Shown here in pieces: positions 61,786 to 64,000 of a DNA stretch of 64,000 nucleotides. The position numbers were made by a program, and so were the translations under genes. A model generated the notes under the pieces. It was not told the origin of the DNA. It did no database searches and worked only from the letters and a program-made list of their open reading frames with translations. The stretch is taken from the NCBI GenBank assembly GCA_051362555.1, contig CM120646.1:23498001-23562000 (forward strand), given 5' to 3'. This DNA is from Lingula anatina. Lineage: Eukaryota > Animalia > Brachiopoda. Numbering within the stretch: the stretch's first letter is position 1; each line of letters opens with the position of its first letter.

Positions 61786-63265
61786 TTTGCATCTTTATTT
61801 TCTGTTTTTTTGTCTGTACATTTGACAGCTTTGCTGCCTTGTCTTTCAGTTGTTTCTGTTATACAGCAAACAAATATTAAGAGAACATTTTCAAAAGGTG
61901 TTCTTAATATTTTATCAACATTATGAAAACGTTTTATCATATTTACTAATGTCTTGGAGAAAATGACGTACCTTTGACAATTAATTAACATTCTGAAAAC
62001 ATTTAGTCAAAACACCTTTTCTAAAACATTGCAACGAGATTTGAAAAATATTTGACAGCAATTTTAATAGAATTTTTATGCTAGAAACATCAAGTGTCGT
62101 AATAAAAACTCCTCTCTGTAAACAATTCAACTCGTGGTACTGTTGAGACGTAGGTGACAGGGTCCAAAAATCATTAAAAATTACATTTTCGTGGTGCTCT
62201 TTCTCTAGTTCATATCGGGCGATCTTAAACTTATGTTAAACGATAATTCCTGCATTAACAACTGATTAAAACTGAAACAAACTTCGCAAAAATATTTTAA
62301 GTAATTTAATAGTGTTTTAAATAAATTGGTGGATTGTGCTGCATTTGGTGTCATGTTTTCAATTCGGAGCAAAACGTTCGTGATTTCCTTGGACACAAGT
62401 GTCAATAATGCCAACCACATGCGTCTCTTACACACTTGAAGATTGAGAGCTTAAATGCAATGGTAAGCCACCTGTCTTAACTGCCATCTTAGCATCCTCA
62501 TGATCAGAATACTTGAATCTAAATGCTTGATACCATGGTTAACATAGCGAGATCATTCCAACAGGGACGATAATGACTATAAAGATAAACCCAGAGACCA
62601 GATAAAATCACATATGCTACACATTTGCTGTACAATTATTTTAAGAAACTATCAAAACAATTTTTACACTTTTTTTTTTGCTTTAAACGAAATAAATGTG
62701 TACTCTGGACTAACAACTGTCATGCATCTTTATGGTCGGTCATTTAAACCGCCAGCAATTCATTTGAATTGGTATAAAGCATGGATTTACGTGCAGAGTT
62801 GGATCAGCCAATATGAGTACGAGGAATATGATTTTTATTTTGTCGAGCAAAATTCGATTTGGAGTGACAATCCTGGAAAAGACATGTACACTTTACACCT
62901 CTCCTGTTCATACTGTAATATCATATTTTTCCACCGACATCACATAATTAAGCCATTTTGTACTTCGATGTCTTTCGTTCTTTTTCCCGTTTTCTGTTTT
63001 AACAAACTGTGAGACAGTTGACCTTTGTATATGCTAAGTATGTTCTGTTTCTTTTTGTATCAACAATGTTAAAAATATCGGAACTAGCATTTCAATACAT
63101 TCATGAGAAGCGTTTTAAAAGATATTTCAATACTCGATGTTCATATGCCACACATTCTAATTATACATGTATATCCCATGTATACATGTAGATTTAATAC
63201 AGATAAAATTCAACTTTTGGTTTTTATCAGGGTCCTTTTAACTGATAGAATATAGAATGACTTAC

Positions 63266-63592
63266 CAGACAAGATGGTGTGCGGTTGCGTGCCTCCAGAT
63301 AAGAACAATTTGGGTCACTCAACAGAAATCCATCCGGAACTTCAGAACAAGACAGGGCACAAGTCTCTGTGTTACCGCAGTAATATGCAGCTCGACACCC
63401 GCCGTGTTCTAGGCAGCGCACTCCACAGTGGTTTTTAGACACAGAATATGCAGTTTGAAAAATGAAATCTGCATTAAATCTCGTCTGCGGTTGGACCCGA
63501 AACCTTAAAGATGAAGAATTCGATGCGCCAAACCACATCATAAGTAGAGCAAATTCTAACAAAAGGACAGACACATATATCACCGTTGCCAT
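63266..63592 (-). CDS. Gene C probable first coding exon: signal peptide plus PAN/Apple-like domain
   Basis: Hydrophobic N-terminus. SKNHCGVRCLEHGGCRAAYYCGNTETCALS fits the PAN pattern C-x3-C-x5-C...C.L. Donor CTG|GTAAGT, phase 0. Confidence 0.8.
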
Positions 63593-64000
63593 CTTCAGAT
63601 TATAACCGCTCTTTGAATTTTGCAGTACCTTATACGTGAGCTATGTTCCCAGCATGCATTGTAACATCTAACCTGGCCTCTGTTTAACAAAAAAACTTAA
63701 CTCGGGTATTGATTAAACTGTTTTTGGTTTTGTTTATTTTTAACCTGGGCCTGCAGTCTGTAAGCTTTTTAAAAGAAAGTTGCTATGACGTCATCAAATT
63801 GCTGATAATCATTAATGTAGAGGCGAGTATACATTGATGCTTTTCAAATAGCATTACCCAATGGACATTGATTTCCTGCACACAGTAAAAGCTCCGAGAC
63901 GTAAACAACACATTACTTTTATTTGACTTGATGGACCCACAGATACAGACACCATGCACTACAAAGGTGTGCGTTTGGGTTGATGCCATTGAATGTTTCA

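Larger units (their letters stand above)
59834..61842 (+). mobile_element. Helentron-associated non-autonomous element (HINE/DINE-1-like) with internal tandem arrays
   Basis: T-run, then a 5' palindrome atgtacagacaca-ga-tgtgtctgtacat (59841-59868), CGTC-type microsatellite and central repeats. The 3' end has subTIR tgtctgtacat (61811-61821) and a short stem-loop gacagctttgctgcc. Confidence 0.72.

Noticed and set aside
62614-63012. 132-aa + strand ORF
   Set aside because: AT-rich, no recognisable domain, and antisense within a gene C intron.

Overview
AT-rich, intron-containing animal genomic DNA. It is probably a marine invertebrate such as a mollusc or other lophotrochozoan, inferred only from gene and repeat style. 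Three spliced genes were reconstructed by hand from GT-AG sites and exon phases. (1) A 14-exon + strand gene (15203-37702, ~781 aa) encodes a secreted mosaic protein: signal peptide, agrin-type NtA, TSP1, TSPN/laminin-G, linker, TSP1, 7 EGF and a C-terminal EMI-like domain. I do not recognise this architecture as a named gene, and it is the most interesting item in the window. (2) A + strand gene with 7 coding exons (50042-53590, ~210 aa) encodes a LAPTM/DUF4728-like four-TM protein; its exon-3 donor is amplified as a 32-bp minisatellite of splice donors. (3) A - strand secreted PAN/Apple plus C-type lectin (QPD) gene (63592-54195) is joined in frame only if a one-base indel in a linking exon is corrected. 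The rest is non-coding: a decayed Tc1 (DD34E), an internally deleted PIF/Harbinger, a Helentron-type HINE with two satellite arrays, several MITEs and foldbacks, and microsatellites. Most ORF-track entries are spurious. All domain calls come from motif recognition by eye; no database search was run.
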